From positions 96,001 to 160,000 of the forward strand of contig JBFXKG010000009.1 in the NCBI GenBank assembly GCA_050174015.1: a stretch of 64,000 nt of DNA, in the 5' to 3' direction. This DNA is from Candidatus Krumholzibacteriia bacterium. Its GTDB lineage: Bacteria > Krumholzibacteriota > Krumholzibacteriia > LZORAL124-64-63. Below are positions 1-9,509 of the stretch, piece after piece. Under the pieces are notes generated by a model. The model had not been told where the DNA came from. It searched no databases and saw only the letters and a program-made list of their open reading frames with translations. The position numbers and the translations under genes were made by a program. Every line of letters starts with the position of its first letter. Position 1 is the stretch's first letter.

Positions 1-1091
1 CCCTTCTTCACGGTGGCGGCGACCACGACGCCGTCGCCCCCGGCGCGGATGGGCGTACCCAGGGGGGCGGCGTAATCGACGCCCAGGTGGGGCATCCACT
101 TCTTCAGCACCGGATGGAAGCGCCGGTAGGAGAAGTCGCTGCTGATGCGGCTGTATTCCAGGGGCGCGCGCATCAGCTGCTTCTGCAGGTTCTTGCCTTC
201 GTCGTCGAAGTAGCCGGGACGCCCGTCGGCCGAGCTGAACCGGTAGGCCCGCCGGGTCCGGCCGCGGTTGACGATCTCCAGGGCCTCGACGGCGCCCGTG
301 CGGACCAGTTCGCCGTCCTTCCAGACCTCTTCGTAGATGATCCTGAAGGTGTCGCCCTTGCGCAGGTCGCGCTTGAAGTCGATGTCCCAGCCCATGATGT
401 CGTTCATCTTGGCGGCCAGGGCCAAAGGGGCGTCGAGTTCCAGCAAGCTGGCGTAGAGGGAGAGCTGGATGGTTCCGGCCACGCCCCGGGTGCGGTGCTC
501 GACGGGGTAGGTTCCGTCCACCCGGTCGTAGGTGTCTCCCGAGCGGACCCAGGTCACGTGGCTTTCGAGGTCGAGGTCGAATCCCAGGGCCCTCAGGCCG
601 CCGTCGGAATCCAGCTGGATGCGGAAGACGTCGCCGGACTTCACCTTGGTCAGGTTGCGGAAGGGCTTGCAGGCCTTCACCAGGGCCATGATGTCCCCGT
701 GGGGCACCCCCCGCGCCGACAGGGCATCGTAGAAGGTCTCCCGCTTGCCGATCACCATCTCGGTCCGACCGGGCTCATCCCGGTTCAGGGGTCCGAGCTG
801 GGCGGTGGGAAGACCGCGGGCCAGAAGGCCCTCCTCCTGGAATTCGGCCAGCCAGGCCTGGGCGCTGCCGGGAGCCCCGGGCTCGCGCGACAGATCGACG
901 TCGCCGGCTGTCGATGGGGGGAGCGAACCCACCAGGATCTCGCTGGGCCCTCCCTGGCCGTTCTCGGGTGGCGGTTCCGGGGGGGTGGAGTTGAGCAGCC
1001 CGATGCCGATCACGAGCAAGCCGGTCCCCAGGGCGACCGACGCTGGCATCAGCAGCCGGGCCGTTCTATGTGTACTTTTCCGTGTGTCCAG
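1..1091 (-). CDS. M23 family murein endopeptidase (MepM-like), 3' end outside window
   Basis: Own translation, not in the ORF track: N-terminal TM, GWDIDFKRDLRKGDTF, RISSDFSYRRFHPVLKKWMPHLGVDYAAPLGTPI (HxxxD). Start is CTG 1091 after a GGAGGA SD, or ATG 1049. Confidence 0.88.
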   Translation of the reverse strand, partial: MDTRKSTHRTARLLMPASVALGTGLLVIGIGLLNSTPPEPPPENGQGGPSEILVGSLPPSTAGDVDLSREPGAPGSAQAWLAEFQEEGLLARGLPTAQLGPLNRDEPGRTEMVIGKRETFYDALSARGVPHGDIMALVKACKPFRNLTKVKSGDVFRIQLDSDGGLRALGFDLDLESHVTWVRSGDTYDRVDGTYPVEHRTRGVAGTIQLSLYASLLELDAPLALAAKMNDIMGWDIDFKRDLRKGDTFRIIYEEVWKDGELVRTGAVEALEIVNRGRTRRAYRFSSADGRPGYFDDEGKNLQKQLMRAPLEYSRISSDFSYRRFHPVLKKWMPHLGVDYAAPLGTPIRAGGDGVVVAATVKK

Positions 1092-1332
1092 GATCCGTCC
1101 TCCAGGTGGGGCCATCCTTGGCGGATGGCGGGTCCGTGTATGAAAATTGCACCAGTCCGCCCATGGTTCGCAAGGCTTTTTTCCCCAATCGAGGTTCCGT
1201 TCGTCCATTGTGACGGATCGCGGGCCATGCTAGCATGATTGCGACCATTGCAGGATGCCCCTGCTAACCCCGCCCCGCGGGGGATTTTGCCGGAATCCGG
1301 GGCCCGGGGGGCCCTTACCGGAGGTCAGGACC

Positions 1333-3372
1333 TTGCGTCATTCGTTTGGCAATCCCCGTGCCGCATTCGCGGTTTTCGCCCTGATTTCGCTCCTGGGCGG
1401 GGCGGCAGATTATACCCGGGCGGAGGTGCATTTGACCGCCACCGACGGGGACAACGGCGACGCTTTCGCCGCCTCGATCACCGAACTGGGGGACCTCGAC
1501 GGGGACGGGCGCTGGGAATTGCTCGTCGGCGCGCCGGCTGACCAGACCGCCGGCCTCGACGCCGGCGCGGTTTTCCTGTGGTTCGGCGCCCCCGAACTGA
1601 CCGTCGCCGCGGACCGGACCTGGCAGGGAACCTCTCCCGAACGGTTCGGCCACGCCGTCGCCCGGATCGGCGACGTCAACGGAGACGGGAAAGAGGACTG
1701 GGCCGTCGGGGCGCCGGAAAGCAACGCCGCCGGTCCGGGCGCGGGCCGGGTCTACGTGTTCTTCGGCCGGGCCGTTCCGGCGGCCGCCGCCGACGTGGTG
1801 ATCGACGGTGCGGTGGGCGGCGACCAGTTCGGCTACGCCGTGAGTGCGGCCGGCGATTTCGACGGGGACGGCTACGACGACTTCATCGTGGGCGCGCCCT
1901 TCAGCAACCTGCGCGCCCAGGACGCGGGCGCCGCCTACGTCATCTACGGAGGCTCGGGCGGGCCCAGCGCGAACCTGGCCCAGGCCACCGTCCTGACCGG
2001 CCAGGTGGCCGACGACCGGTTCGGCTGGTCGGTCACCGATGCCGGGAACTTCCTCGGGGGCAACGAGGACTGCGTCGCGGTGGGCGCTCCCCTGAGCAAC
2101 CTCTACGGCGGCCTGGACGCGGGCGCGTTCTACGTCTACGAGGGCCGTCTGGCCGGCGCCGCGCCGGACACCATGATCGACTTCGCCGCCGGCATCGGGG
2201 CCGCAGCCAAGGCCGGCAGCCAGTTCGGCTTCGCGGTGCGCGGCATCGACAGCTGGGACGGGGACGCCTACACCGACCTCGCCGTGGGCGGACCCTACTG
2301 CAACGAGTCGGCCCTGGACGCCGGCCGCGTCGAGATCTTCCGGGGCGGCGGCAGCCCCTCGGCGACAGCCTACCGCTACGTCAACGGGGCCGCCAGCAGC
2401 GACCTGTTCGGATTCGCCCTGGCCCGGGTCCGCCAGGTTTCCGGCAGCTCCCTGCCCGACCTGTTGATCGGCGCCCCCTACCACGACTCCACCGCCACGG
2501 ACGGGGGCCGCGCCTACATCTACGAGGGGGGAGGCTCCTCCTCCAGCAGCGCCGCGAGCCTCGTCTCGATCCCCGCAGTTCCCCTGCAGCCCGGAACGGT
2601 CGCCGGCGACGCCTTCGGCTACGCCGTCTCCAGCGCGGGCGACTTCGACGGGGACGGATCCTGGGATCACGCCGTCGGCGCTCCCGGCGGCAACAACCTC
2701 AACGGCGCCACGGCGGGGTACTGCCTCCTGGTCGACACGACCGGCGGGGTGGTGGCCAACCTGCTGTCCCTCTGGGAATGCGGACCGTCGCCCGACGGGG
2801 GTGCCCGGCTCCGGTTCCGTCTGGGTCTGCCCGTGGACGAGGTGGCCGCCCTGCTCCTGACCCGCCGATCGGGTGCGGATCGCACGGTCCTGTGGGACGG
2901 TCCGGCGGCTTCTTATTGCCCGGGCGACGGGTGCCTGGAATTCACCGGGGACGGGTACCGTTTCGACGACGGGCAGGGCTACCCGGCGGGCGAGGTCGTC
3001 GCCTACGACCTGACCCTGACCCTCGCCGGTGGCGGCCGGGTCGCTCTGGAGGACCTGGCGGGGCCTTCGGCCGGCGATCCTGCGGAACTGCCCTCGCGCC
3101 TCACCCTGGGGGGCGTCTGGCCCAATCCGGCCAATCCCATGGTGTCGGTGCGGTACCGCGCGCCCGCGGGCAGGACGGTCGCCGTGCGCATCTTCGACAT
3201 GCGGGGACGGCAGATCGGCGAGATGGCCGGGCCGGCCGCGACCGGGGACTGGCAGACCGCGACCTGGGACGGACGGACCGCCGACGGCAATCAGGCCCCT
3301 TCGGGGACCTACTTCATCATGGTCTCCAGCGGGGACGACATCCAGGCCCGCCGGGTGGTCCTGGCCCGATGA
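1333..3372 (+). CDS. Secreted FG-GAP (integrin-alpha beta-propeller) repeat protein with C-terminal FlgD-Ig/T9SS-like domain
   Basis: Repeated FGxAV..GDxDGDG..D.xVGAP; C-terminus WPNPANP..IFDMRGR..WDGRTADG..SGTYF. TTG start after GGAGG. Confidence 0.88.
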   Translation: MRHSFGNPRAAFAVFALISLLGGAADYTRAEVHLTATDGDNGDAFAASITELGDLDGDGRWELLVGAPADQTAGLDAGAVFLWFGAPELTVAADRTWQGTSPERFGHAVARIGDVNGDGKEDWAVGAPESNAAGPGAGRVYVFFGRAVPAAAADVVIDGAVGGDQFGYAVSAAGDFDGDGYDDFIVGAPFSNLRAQDAGAAYVIYGGSGGPSANLAQATVLTGQVADDRFGWSVTDAGNFLGGNEDCVAVGAPLSNLYGGLDAGAFYVYEGRLAGAAPDTMIDFAAGIGAAAKAGSQFGFAVRGIDSWDGDAYTDLAVGGPYCNESALDAGRVEIFRGGGSPSATAYRYVNGAASSDLFGFALARVRQVSGSSLPDLLIGAPYHDSTATDGGRAYIYEGGGSSSSSAASLVSIPAVPLQPGTVAGDAFGYAVSSAGDFDGDGSWDHAVGAPGGNNLNGATAGYCLLVDTTGGVVANLLSLWECGPSPDGGARLRFRLGLPVDEVAALLLTRRSGADRTVLWDGPAASYCPGDGCLEFTGDGYRFDDGQGYPAGEVVAYDLTLTLAGGGRVALEDLAGPSAGDPAELPSRLTLGGVWPNPANPMVSVRYRAPAGRTVAVRIFDMRGRQIGEMAGPAATGDWQTATWDGRTADGNQAPSGTYFIMVSSGDDIQARRVVLAR

Positions 3373-4412
3373 CGGACGTCCGGGGACGGAGAGACCGCGA
3401 CGTTGCCGAATTGCACGGGCAGGGGGAATCCGGGGAGTCCCGGGTTCCCCTGATCGAACTCCACACCCATCTCGAGGGCAGCCTCACGCCCGCCAGGTTC
3501 AGGGCCCTGGCCGACCGTCACGGACGCAGCGGCCTGGTGCCCGGCTGCCTGGACCCCTCCGGCAACGCCTTTTCCTTCAATGGATTCCACGGTTTCCTGG
3601 ATCTCTACCGCCGCATCACCAGCGTGCTGCGGACCCCGGCGGACTTCCATGACGTTGCCCTCGACCTGGGCGTCCAGCTGGAGGCCGACGGCGTCCTCTA
3701 CGCCGAGGTCTCCGTCTCCTACGGCGTGCTGCTGAAGCGGGGGATCGACCCTGTCGCGGTGCAGGAGGCGCTGGCGGAGGCGGCGGCCCAGGTCCGGCAG
3801 GAGCGGGGCGTGGCCATGGCCTGGCTGCCTGACGCGGTCCGTCAGTGGAGCCTCGCGGAGGGGATGGGGGCCTGGGAGGCCGCCGGCCGCTGCGGCCGCC
3901 GCCTGGGCGTGGTCGGGTTCGGCCTGGGCGGCGACGAGACCGCAGGTCCCGCCGCGGGATTCGCCTCCCTGTTCGCCGAGGTGCGCCGGGAGGGCCTGGG
4001 CGTCACCATCCACGCCGGGGAGATCCCGGGCATGGGCCCGGGGGGCATCGATTCGGTCCGCCAGGCGGTGGAGGACTGCGGCGCCCACCGCATCGGCCAC
4101 GGCCTGGCCGCGGGCGCCGACCCGCCGACCCTGGCCCTGCTGGCTGAGCGTGGGATCTGCGTGGAGATGTGCCCGGGCTCCAACGTCAAGACCGGCGGCA
4201 TCGCCGCACTCGAGGAACACCCGTTGAGACGGTTCATCGAGGCGGGCGTGCCCTGCTGCCTGAACACCGACGACCGCACACTCTTCGGGCTGGACCTGCG
4301 GGGGGAATACGCGGCGGCCGAATCGCGACTGGGGCTGACTCCCGCCGAACGGTCGGTCATGATGGACCAGGCGCGCAAGGCGGCGTTCGGTGAAGTCCCC
4401 GGCGCCGCGTGA
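3369..4412 (+). CDS. add: Adenosine/adenine deaminase family
   Basis: ELHTHLEGS, TIHAGE, RIGHG, CPGSN, NTDD. ATGA overlap with the upstream stop. Confidence 0.88.
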   Translation: MTDVRGRRDRDVAELHGQGESGESRVPLIELHTHLEGSLTPARFRALADRHGRSGLVPGCLDPSGNAFSFNGFHGFLDLYRRITSVLRTPADFHDVALDLGVQLEADGVLYAEVSVSYGVLLKRGIDPVAVQEALAEAAAQVRQERGVAMAWLPDAVRQWSLAEGMGAWEAAGRCGRRLGVVGFGLGGDETAGPAAGFASLFAEVRREGLGVTIHAGEIPGMGPGGIDSVRQAVEDCGAHRIGHGLAAGADPPTLALLAERGICVEMCPGSNVKTGGIAALEEHPLRRFIEAGVPCCLNTDDRTLFGLDLRGEYAAAESRLGLTPAERSVMMDQARKAAFGEVPGAA

Positions 4413-4431
4413 GGTCCCCGGATCATCCGGG

Positions 4432-5073
4432 TCAGAACCCCTCCGGCCTCTTCCCGTTGGTCTCGATCTCCTCGAAGAAGAAGGTACTCGATCCGCCCTT
4501 GCGGCTGGTGACGATGGTGTGGGCGAAGTTGACGTCGCCTTCGGGCCGGTAGTCCAGCAGATCCCAGGAATATCCGATGTGATTCAGCAGGCCGGTCTCG
4601 ACATCGAAGGCCAGCGACCAGGAGGTCCCGTCCAGACCGGGTGATTCCAGGACGTCGACCCAGCGGCCGTGGCGTTGCACCCGTTCCTTGACCACCAGGT
4701 CCGGGAAGTAAGCCCCCACCAGCAGGGGTCCATGGGGATGGAGCAGCCAGGCCAGCTTGTCCAGGCTGCCGGCCAGGTCGCGGACGACGGGTTCCTCTCC
4801 TGCGGCCGTCTCCTTGACCAGGATCTCGCCGTCGGCCGTCGCCCAGATCTCCAGGACGGTTTCGGTGACCGGCGGATCCTTGGACCCGAGGTCGTCCACC
4901 CGCCGACCACGGTAATGGCGGGTTTCGACGGCCAGGATCGCGTCGCGGCCGCCCATGGCCTCGATGGAGGTCTGGAGGACGGTTTCGGCATCCGGCAGCA
5001 GGCCGTCGCCCGCCCAGGCGGCGGGGGCCAGGCAGAGAGCGGCAAGGACCGGGAAAAACAGGGATGGTCTCAT
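4432..5073 (-). CDS. Exported hypothetical protein
   Basis: Signal peptide MRPSLFFPVLAALCLAPAAWA, then 'IEAMGGRDAILAV' and a beta-rich body. Confidence 0.6.
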   Translation of the reverse strand: MRPSLFFPVLAALCLAPAAWAGDGLLPDAETVLQTSIEAMGGRDAILAVETRHYRGRRVDDLGSKDPPVTETVLEIWATADGEILVKETAAGEEPVVRDLAGSLDKLAWLLHPHGPLLVGAYFPDLVVKERVQRHGRWVDVLESPGLDGTSWSLAFDVETGLLNHIGYSWDLLDYRPEGDVNFAHTIVTSRKGGSSTFFFEEIETNGKRPEGF

Positions 5074-5348
5074 GTCATGACTTCCGACGGGGCCCATCTT
5101 CATTCTACGCCGCCGTCGCCGGTTCTGTTCCCGGAGGGAGGGTTCGCGGATCCCCGGGATTCGACGGATTTCCCGGCGGCCGTGTCCGTCCGGCCACGGT
5201 CGTTCGTGGGCCAGGGTACACCCCGGTATTCCGCATTTTCGATTTTTTTTGAAATTCCTGCTATAAAACCCGCCCCGATCGGGTAGCCTGACCCGGAAAG
5301 TCCAAGGCTTCGTCGGGCATCGTCCGGCATCGTCCATCGCGGGGAGGA

Positions 5349-6971
5349 ATGCGCATGTTCCGGAAATCAGCAGTCGCCTGGGCCCTCGGGGCCTTCCTTG
5401 TCATTGGCGCGGGGGCGACGGCCTCGGCCCAGCCCCGGCGGGATCCCATCGTCAGGATGGACGCCTCCAGCACCATCGAGCTGGACCTCGGCCTCATGGT
5501 CGAGGACCTGTTGCCCCTGCTCATGGAGGCGCTGGCGGCCGAGGATCCCGAGACCGCCCCCTTGGTCGGGATGCTGGTGGAACAGATGGGGCTGGAGGCC
5601 CTGCAGACCCTGCGCATGGAGTCCCGGCAGACCCGGGACCACGGCAGCTTCGAGGTGCTGCTGAAGGTCGGGTCCGGCGATCGGACCGGCCTGTTGCCGC
5701 GTCTCCTCACCCTGCCCAACGCATCCTGCCGGTTCGGGAAGTACGTGCCGCAGGACCGGGTGGTGATGTTCTCGGCCTATCCCGACGTCGCGGGGATGAT
5801 CGATATCCTGCTGGACTTCCTGACCAGTCCCGAGCTCGCCCCGCTGCTTGGTGAGGTTCTCACGATCGACGAGGCCGGCGATCTGGTTCTCGAGGGCTTC
5901 ACCCTGCCGGCAGAATCCTCGGATCTGCTGACCGGCGAGATGGATCTCTTTCTGCTGGAGGGATCGGCCGGGGATTCCGGAATGTTCCCCATGAACCTGC
6001 CCTTCTTCCTGGTCCTGGGCAGCACCGACGGGATGGCCCTGCGGGACGAGTTGATCGGGCTGCTGGCGACCATGGCCGGCGAATCCGGCGGCGGTCTGCC
6101 GGAGATGATCCAGTCCCTGGAACCCGAGGCCGTCGGCGGCTTCGAGGTCGTGGACCTGCCGTTCGGCGGGGCCCTCGCCGCAGGTCCGGACTTCCTGGTG
6201 CTGGGTCTGAATCCCCGGGCGCTGCGGGAACTGATCGCCGCGCCGCGGGGCGACCTGGAAATCCCCGACGGGGTGGAGTGGATCTACGTGGACGGGCCGC
6301 GGTACGGCGCCTTCATGGAATCGATGATGGGGATGGCCTCCATGATGACCCCGCCCGAGGCCGGCGAGACGGAGTGGATGATGGACGTCTACTCGGTCAT
6401 GTTCGCCCACATGGAAACCGAGGAGATCCTCTACCGGACCCGGGACGACGGCCTGGAGATCCGCGGGGAAATCAGGGGGCCCCTGATGTCGGGGCTGTAC
6501 CGGATGGCGGTCGATTTCGCGGACCGCCTGCCCGAGATCATCGAGGAGCAGAAGATGAAGGCCGCCGCGGAACAGGCGCTCGACGGCTACCGCGAAGCGG
6601 TGGGCCTGCTGGACGAGGCCATGATGGCCTGGGCCGCGGAGCACGGGGGCTCCTACCCCGAGGACCCGCTGGACCTTTTGACGGACCTCTACCTCGAGGA
6701 ATGGCCCCTCGGTGCGCCGGTTCCGGCCGGGGAATACGAGGACTGGGGCTACACCTACCATCCCCTCCTGGACGAGACGGGGACGGTGGCGGGCTACTTC
6801 CTGTTCGTCTACGGCGGGGATCCGGAGTCGGGGCACGACGTCTACACGCCGGACAACCTCGAGACGGAGGGGAACTTCCGCATCGCGAAGGACGGGATTC
6901 CCGACGGCGTGATCTCGTTCTGCTACGACGGCCTGGCTTTCGAGCAGATGGACGCCTACTACGCCGAATGA
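5349..6971 (+). CDS. Exported acidic hypothetical protein with pilin-like C-terminal segment
   Basis: GGAGG SD, signal peptide, strong coding bias; C-terminal 'HGGSYPEDPLDLL..YL..YTY'. Confidence 0.65.
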   Translation: MRMFRKSAVAWALGAFLVIGAGATASAQPRRDPIVRMDASSTIELDLGLMVEDLLPLLMEALAAEDPETAPLVGMLVEQMGLEALQTLRMESRQTRDHGSFEVLLKVGSGDRTGLLPRLLTLPNASCRFGKYVPQDRVVMFSAYPDVAGMIDILLDFLTSPELAPLLGEVLTIDEAGDLVLEGFTLPAESSDLLTGEMDLFLLEGSAGDSGMFPMNLPFFLVLGSTDGMALRDELIGLLATMAGESGGGLPEMIQSLEPEAVGGFEVVDLPFGGALAAGPDFLVLGLNPRALRELIAAPRGDLEIPDGVEWIYVDGPRYGAFMESMMGMASMMTPPEAGETEWMMDVYSVMFAHMETEEILYRTRDDGLEIRGEIRGPLMSGLYRMAVDFADRLPEIIEEQKMKAAAEQALDGYREAVGLLDEAMMAWAAEHGGSYPEDPLDLLTDLYLEEWPLGAPVPAGEYEDWGYTYHPLLDETGTVAGYFLFVYGGDPESGHDVYTPDNLETEGNFRIAKDGIPDGVISFCYDGLAFEQMDAYYAE

Positions 6972-6984
6972 CGGCCGGCCTCCC

Positions 6985-7032
6985 GGAACCCCGGATCAGT
7001 CCCGCCCTGGGGAGGATCCGGGGGTTTCTTTT
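6985..7032 (+). terminator. Probable intrinsic terminator
   Basis: GGAACCCCGGATC...GATCCGGGGGTTTC followed by TTTT just after the stop. Confidence 0.65.
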
Positions 7033-7116
7033 CCCATTTCGATCTGGTACAATCAAGTCCCCCTGATCATCAACACCATCGGCACGGGCATTCCTACCGG
7101 ACATTGGAGGTTCATC

Positions 7117-7716
7117 ATGCCTTCCAGATCCTCTGTCTTGCTATTCGCTGTGATCGGTACCCTCCTGATGGCCCCGGCGGCCCACGCCATTTGCGTGGGG
7201 GAGGCCGTGGTCACCGCCGACCCCTCCACCGACCCGCTCGCCCCCGGCTGGGTCTACACCGTGACCATCACCTGGAGCTACCTCCACGGCGTTCATCACT
7301 GGGCCATCCCCCTGGACGCCCCGGATGGGACCTGCAGCTGCACGGATTTCCAGATCGCCCTGGACGTCCCCTCGCCGGCCGGTGAATCCGTCGGCGTTCC
7401 CGACGGATGCCTCATCCCCTATGCGGGGAGCCTGGAGTGCGACGGGGATCCTGCCGGCATCCTGATCGGCAAGCTCCTGGTGTTCACGCCGGAGGAATCG
7501 GGAGACTGCGGTCTGGACTCCGCGGGGGAGGCGGTCCTGCAGTTCCGGTCGGTCCTGCCGCCCACACCCATCGCCCCGAAAGCCATGTTCGCCGCGGTCA
7601 GTGCGACCGGAAGCGCCTGCGGCATGCCGCTGGCGGGGGTGTTCCCTGCGATGGCCTGCGATCCGGTGGACGACGAGGACACGGCCTGGGGCGCGCTCAA
7701 GTGCCTCTACCGTTAA
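7117..7716 (+). CDS. Cys-rich secreted protein ending in PVDDEDTAWGALKCLYR
   Basis: GGAGG SD, signal peptide ending AHA, many Cys, terminal WGxxK motif. Confidence 0.75.
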   Translation: MPSRSSVLLFAVIGTLLMAPAAHAICVGEAVVTADPSTDPLAPGWVYTVTITWSYLHGVHHWAIPLDAPDGTCSCTDFQIALDVPSPAGESVGVPDGCLIPYAGSLECDGDPAGILIGKLLVFTPEESGDCGLDSAGEAVLQFRSVLPPTPIAPKAMFAAVSATGSACGMPLAGVFPAMACDPVDDEDTAWGALKCLYR

Positions 7717-9431
7717 CCTTCGAGGAGCTTCCTCAACCGTTCGATCTCGGGCTGGATCACCTCGTCGTCCAGGCGGGGGAACAGGATCTCGGGTGAGCCC
7801 AGCTTGCGACCGGGGGGGATGGGCCGGCAACCCTCGTCCCATCCTCCCCGCCAAAGCCCGGTTTCCATTCCCAGCCAGCTCCACAGCTTCTCCATGGCGA
7901 ACGGCACCACGGGGGCCAGCATGACCGCCAGCATCCGGATGATCTGAAGCGAGACGCCCAGGCTGTGGCCGCAGCGCTCGAGGTCGGTCTTGCGCGTCTT
8001 GAACGGCGCCGACTCGTCGAAGTAGCGGTTGCCCACCTGGCCGGCGTGGAAGGCCGCCTCGACGGCGGCCTTGACGTCGAAGGTCCCGAGCCGCCGCGCC
8101 CACTCCTGCAGGTCCGCCTCGACCTCGGCCAGGGCCTGGCGGTCGAGGTCGGTCATCATCGCCTCGGACCACTCCGGGACCACCCCGTCGAAGTACTTGT
8201 GGACGAAGGTGAAGATGCGGTTGATCAGGTTGCCGAAGTTGTTGCCCAGCTCGTTGTTGTTGCGCGCCTGGAAACCCTCCCAGGTGAAGTTCATGTCGCG
8301 CGTCTCGGGCAGGTTGCGCGCCAGGGTGTACCGCAGGGGGTCGGCCTGGAACTTCTCGAGGTACTCGGGCAGCCAGACGGCGAAGCCGCGGCTGGTGGAC
8401 AGCTTCTGCCCCTCGAGGTTCAGGAACTCGTTGGCGGGGACGTTGTCCGGCAGCACGAAGTCCTCGCTGTGGGCCATGAGCATGGCAGGGAACATCACGG
8501 CGTGGAAGAAGACGTTGTCCTTGCCGATGAAGTGGACCAGGCGGGTCTCCGGGTCCTGCCACCACTTGCGCCACTGCTCGGGGTCGCCCTGGGCCGCGGC
8601 CCACTCGCGGGTCGAGGAGATGTAGCCGATGGGGGCCTCGAACCAGACGTAGAACACCTTGCCGTCGTGGTCGGGCAGGGGCACCGGCACCCCCCAGCCG
8701 AGGTCGCGGGTGACGGCGCGGTCCTCGAGACCGTCCTTGAACCAGCCGCGGCAGTACTGCTGGACGTTGTCCTTCCACTCGGGATGGGCGTCGATCATCG
8801 CGATAAGCCGGTCCTGGAAGTCCCCCAGGGGCAGGAACCAGTGGGTCGTCTCGCGCAGTTCCAGCGGGCTGCCGTCCTGGGCGTTGCGGGGCTCGATGAG
8901 CTCGGTGGGATCCAGGGAGGATCCGCACTTCTCGCACTGGTCCCCGCGGGCGCCCTCGGCCTTGCACCTGGGACAGGTGCCCTCGATGTAGCGGTCGGCA
9001 AGGAAGCGCTGCTGGCTGGGGCTGTAGAACTGCTCGGTGGTCTTCTGCCGGAACACGCCCTGGTCGTGCAGGTCCGTGAAGAAGGCCTGGCTGGTCTCGG
9101 TGTGGATCGGCCGGCTGGTCTGGCTGAAGTTGTCGAAGCTCATGCCGAAAGCGGCGAACGAGGCCCTGATGGACGCGTGGTTGCGGTCCACCAGCTCCTT
9201 GGGTGAGATCCCCTGCCTCTCGGCGGTCAGGGTGATGGGCACTCCGTACTCGTCGGTGCCGCAGATGTACAGGACGTCCTCGCCCCGCAGGCGCAGGTAC
9301 CGCACGTAGATGTCGGCGGGCAGGTAGGCGCCGGCCAGGTGGCCCAGGTGGATCTCGCCGTTGGCGTAGGGCAGGGCGCTGGTCACCAGGGTGCGCGAGA
9401 ACTTGCGGTCGGACGTGGGGGACGGGTTCAA
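7713..9431 (-). CDS. metG: Methionine--tRNA ligase (no C-terminal tRNA-binding domain)
   Basis: TSALPYANGEIHLGH, GTDEYG, Zn knuckle CPRC..GDQCEKC, YVWFEAPIGY, KLSTS. Probable TTG start. Confidence 0.95.
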   Translation of the reverse strand: MNPSPTSDRKFSRTLVTSALPYANGEIHLGHLAGAYLPADIYVRYLRLRGEDVLYICGTDEYGVPITLTAERQGISPKELVDRNHASIRASFAAFGMSFDNFSQTSRPIHTETSQAFFTDLHDQGVFRQKTTEQFYSPSQQRFLADRYIEGTCPRCKAEGARGDQCEKCGSSLDPTELIEPRNAQDGSPLELRETTHWFLPLGDFQDRLIAMIDAHPEWKDNVQQYCRGWFKDGLEDRAVTRDLGWGVPVPLPDHDGKVFYVWFEAPIGYISSTREWAAAQGDPEQWRKWWQDPETRLVHFIGKDNVFFHAVMFPAMLMAHSEDFVLPDNVPANEFLNLEGQKLSTSRGFAVWLPEYLEKFQADPLRYTLARNLPETRDMNFTWEGFQARNNNELGNNFGNLINRIFTFVHKYFDGVVPEWSEAMMTDLDRQALAEVEADLQEWARRLGTFDVKAAVEAAFHAGQVGNRYFDESAPFKTRKTDLERCGHSLGVSLQIIRMLAVMLAPVVPFAMEKLWSWLGMETGLWRGGWDEGCRPIPPGRKLGSPEILFPRLDDEVIQPEIERLRKLLEG

Positions 9432-9509
9432 GGGGATGCCTCCGGGCTGGACTGCGACAACGCCCCCTGGGGGGCGACAAGGTCCGCCCAATCTAAACCG
9501 TCGGGGCCG

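Noticed and set aside
1440..2700. Recurring GACGGGGACGG-type DNA repeats
   Set aside because: Explained by the FG-GAP DxDGDG protein repeats; not CRISPR.
1578..3368. Apparent 944-aa protein with a long N-terminal extension on adenosine deaminase
   Set aside because: The extension is an Arg-rich shadow frame of the FG-GAP gene; the real start is the ATG at 3369.
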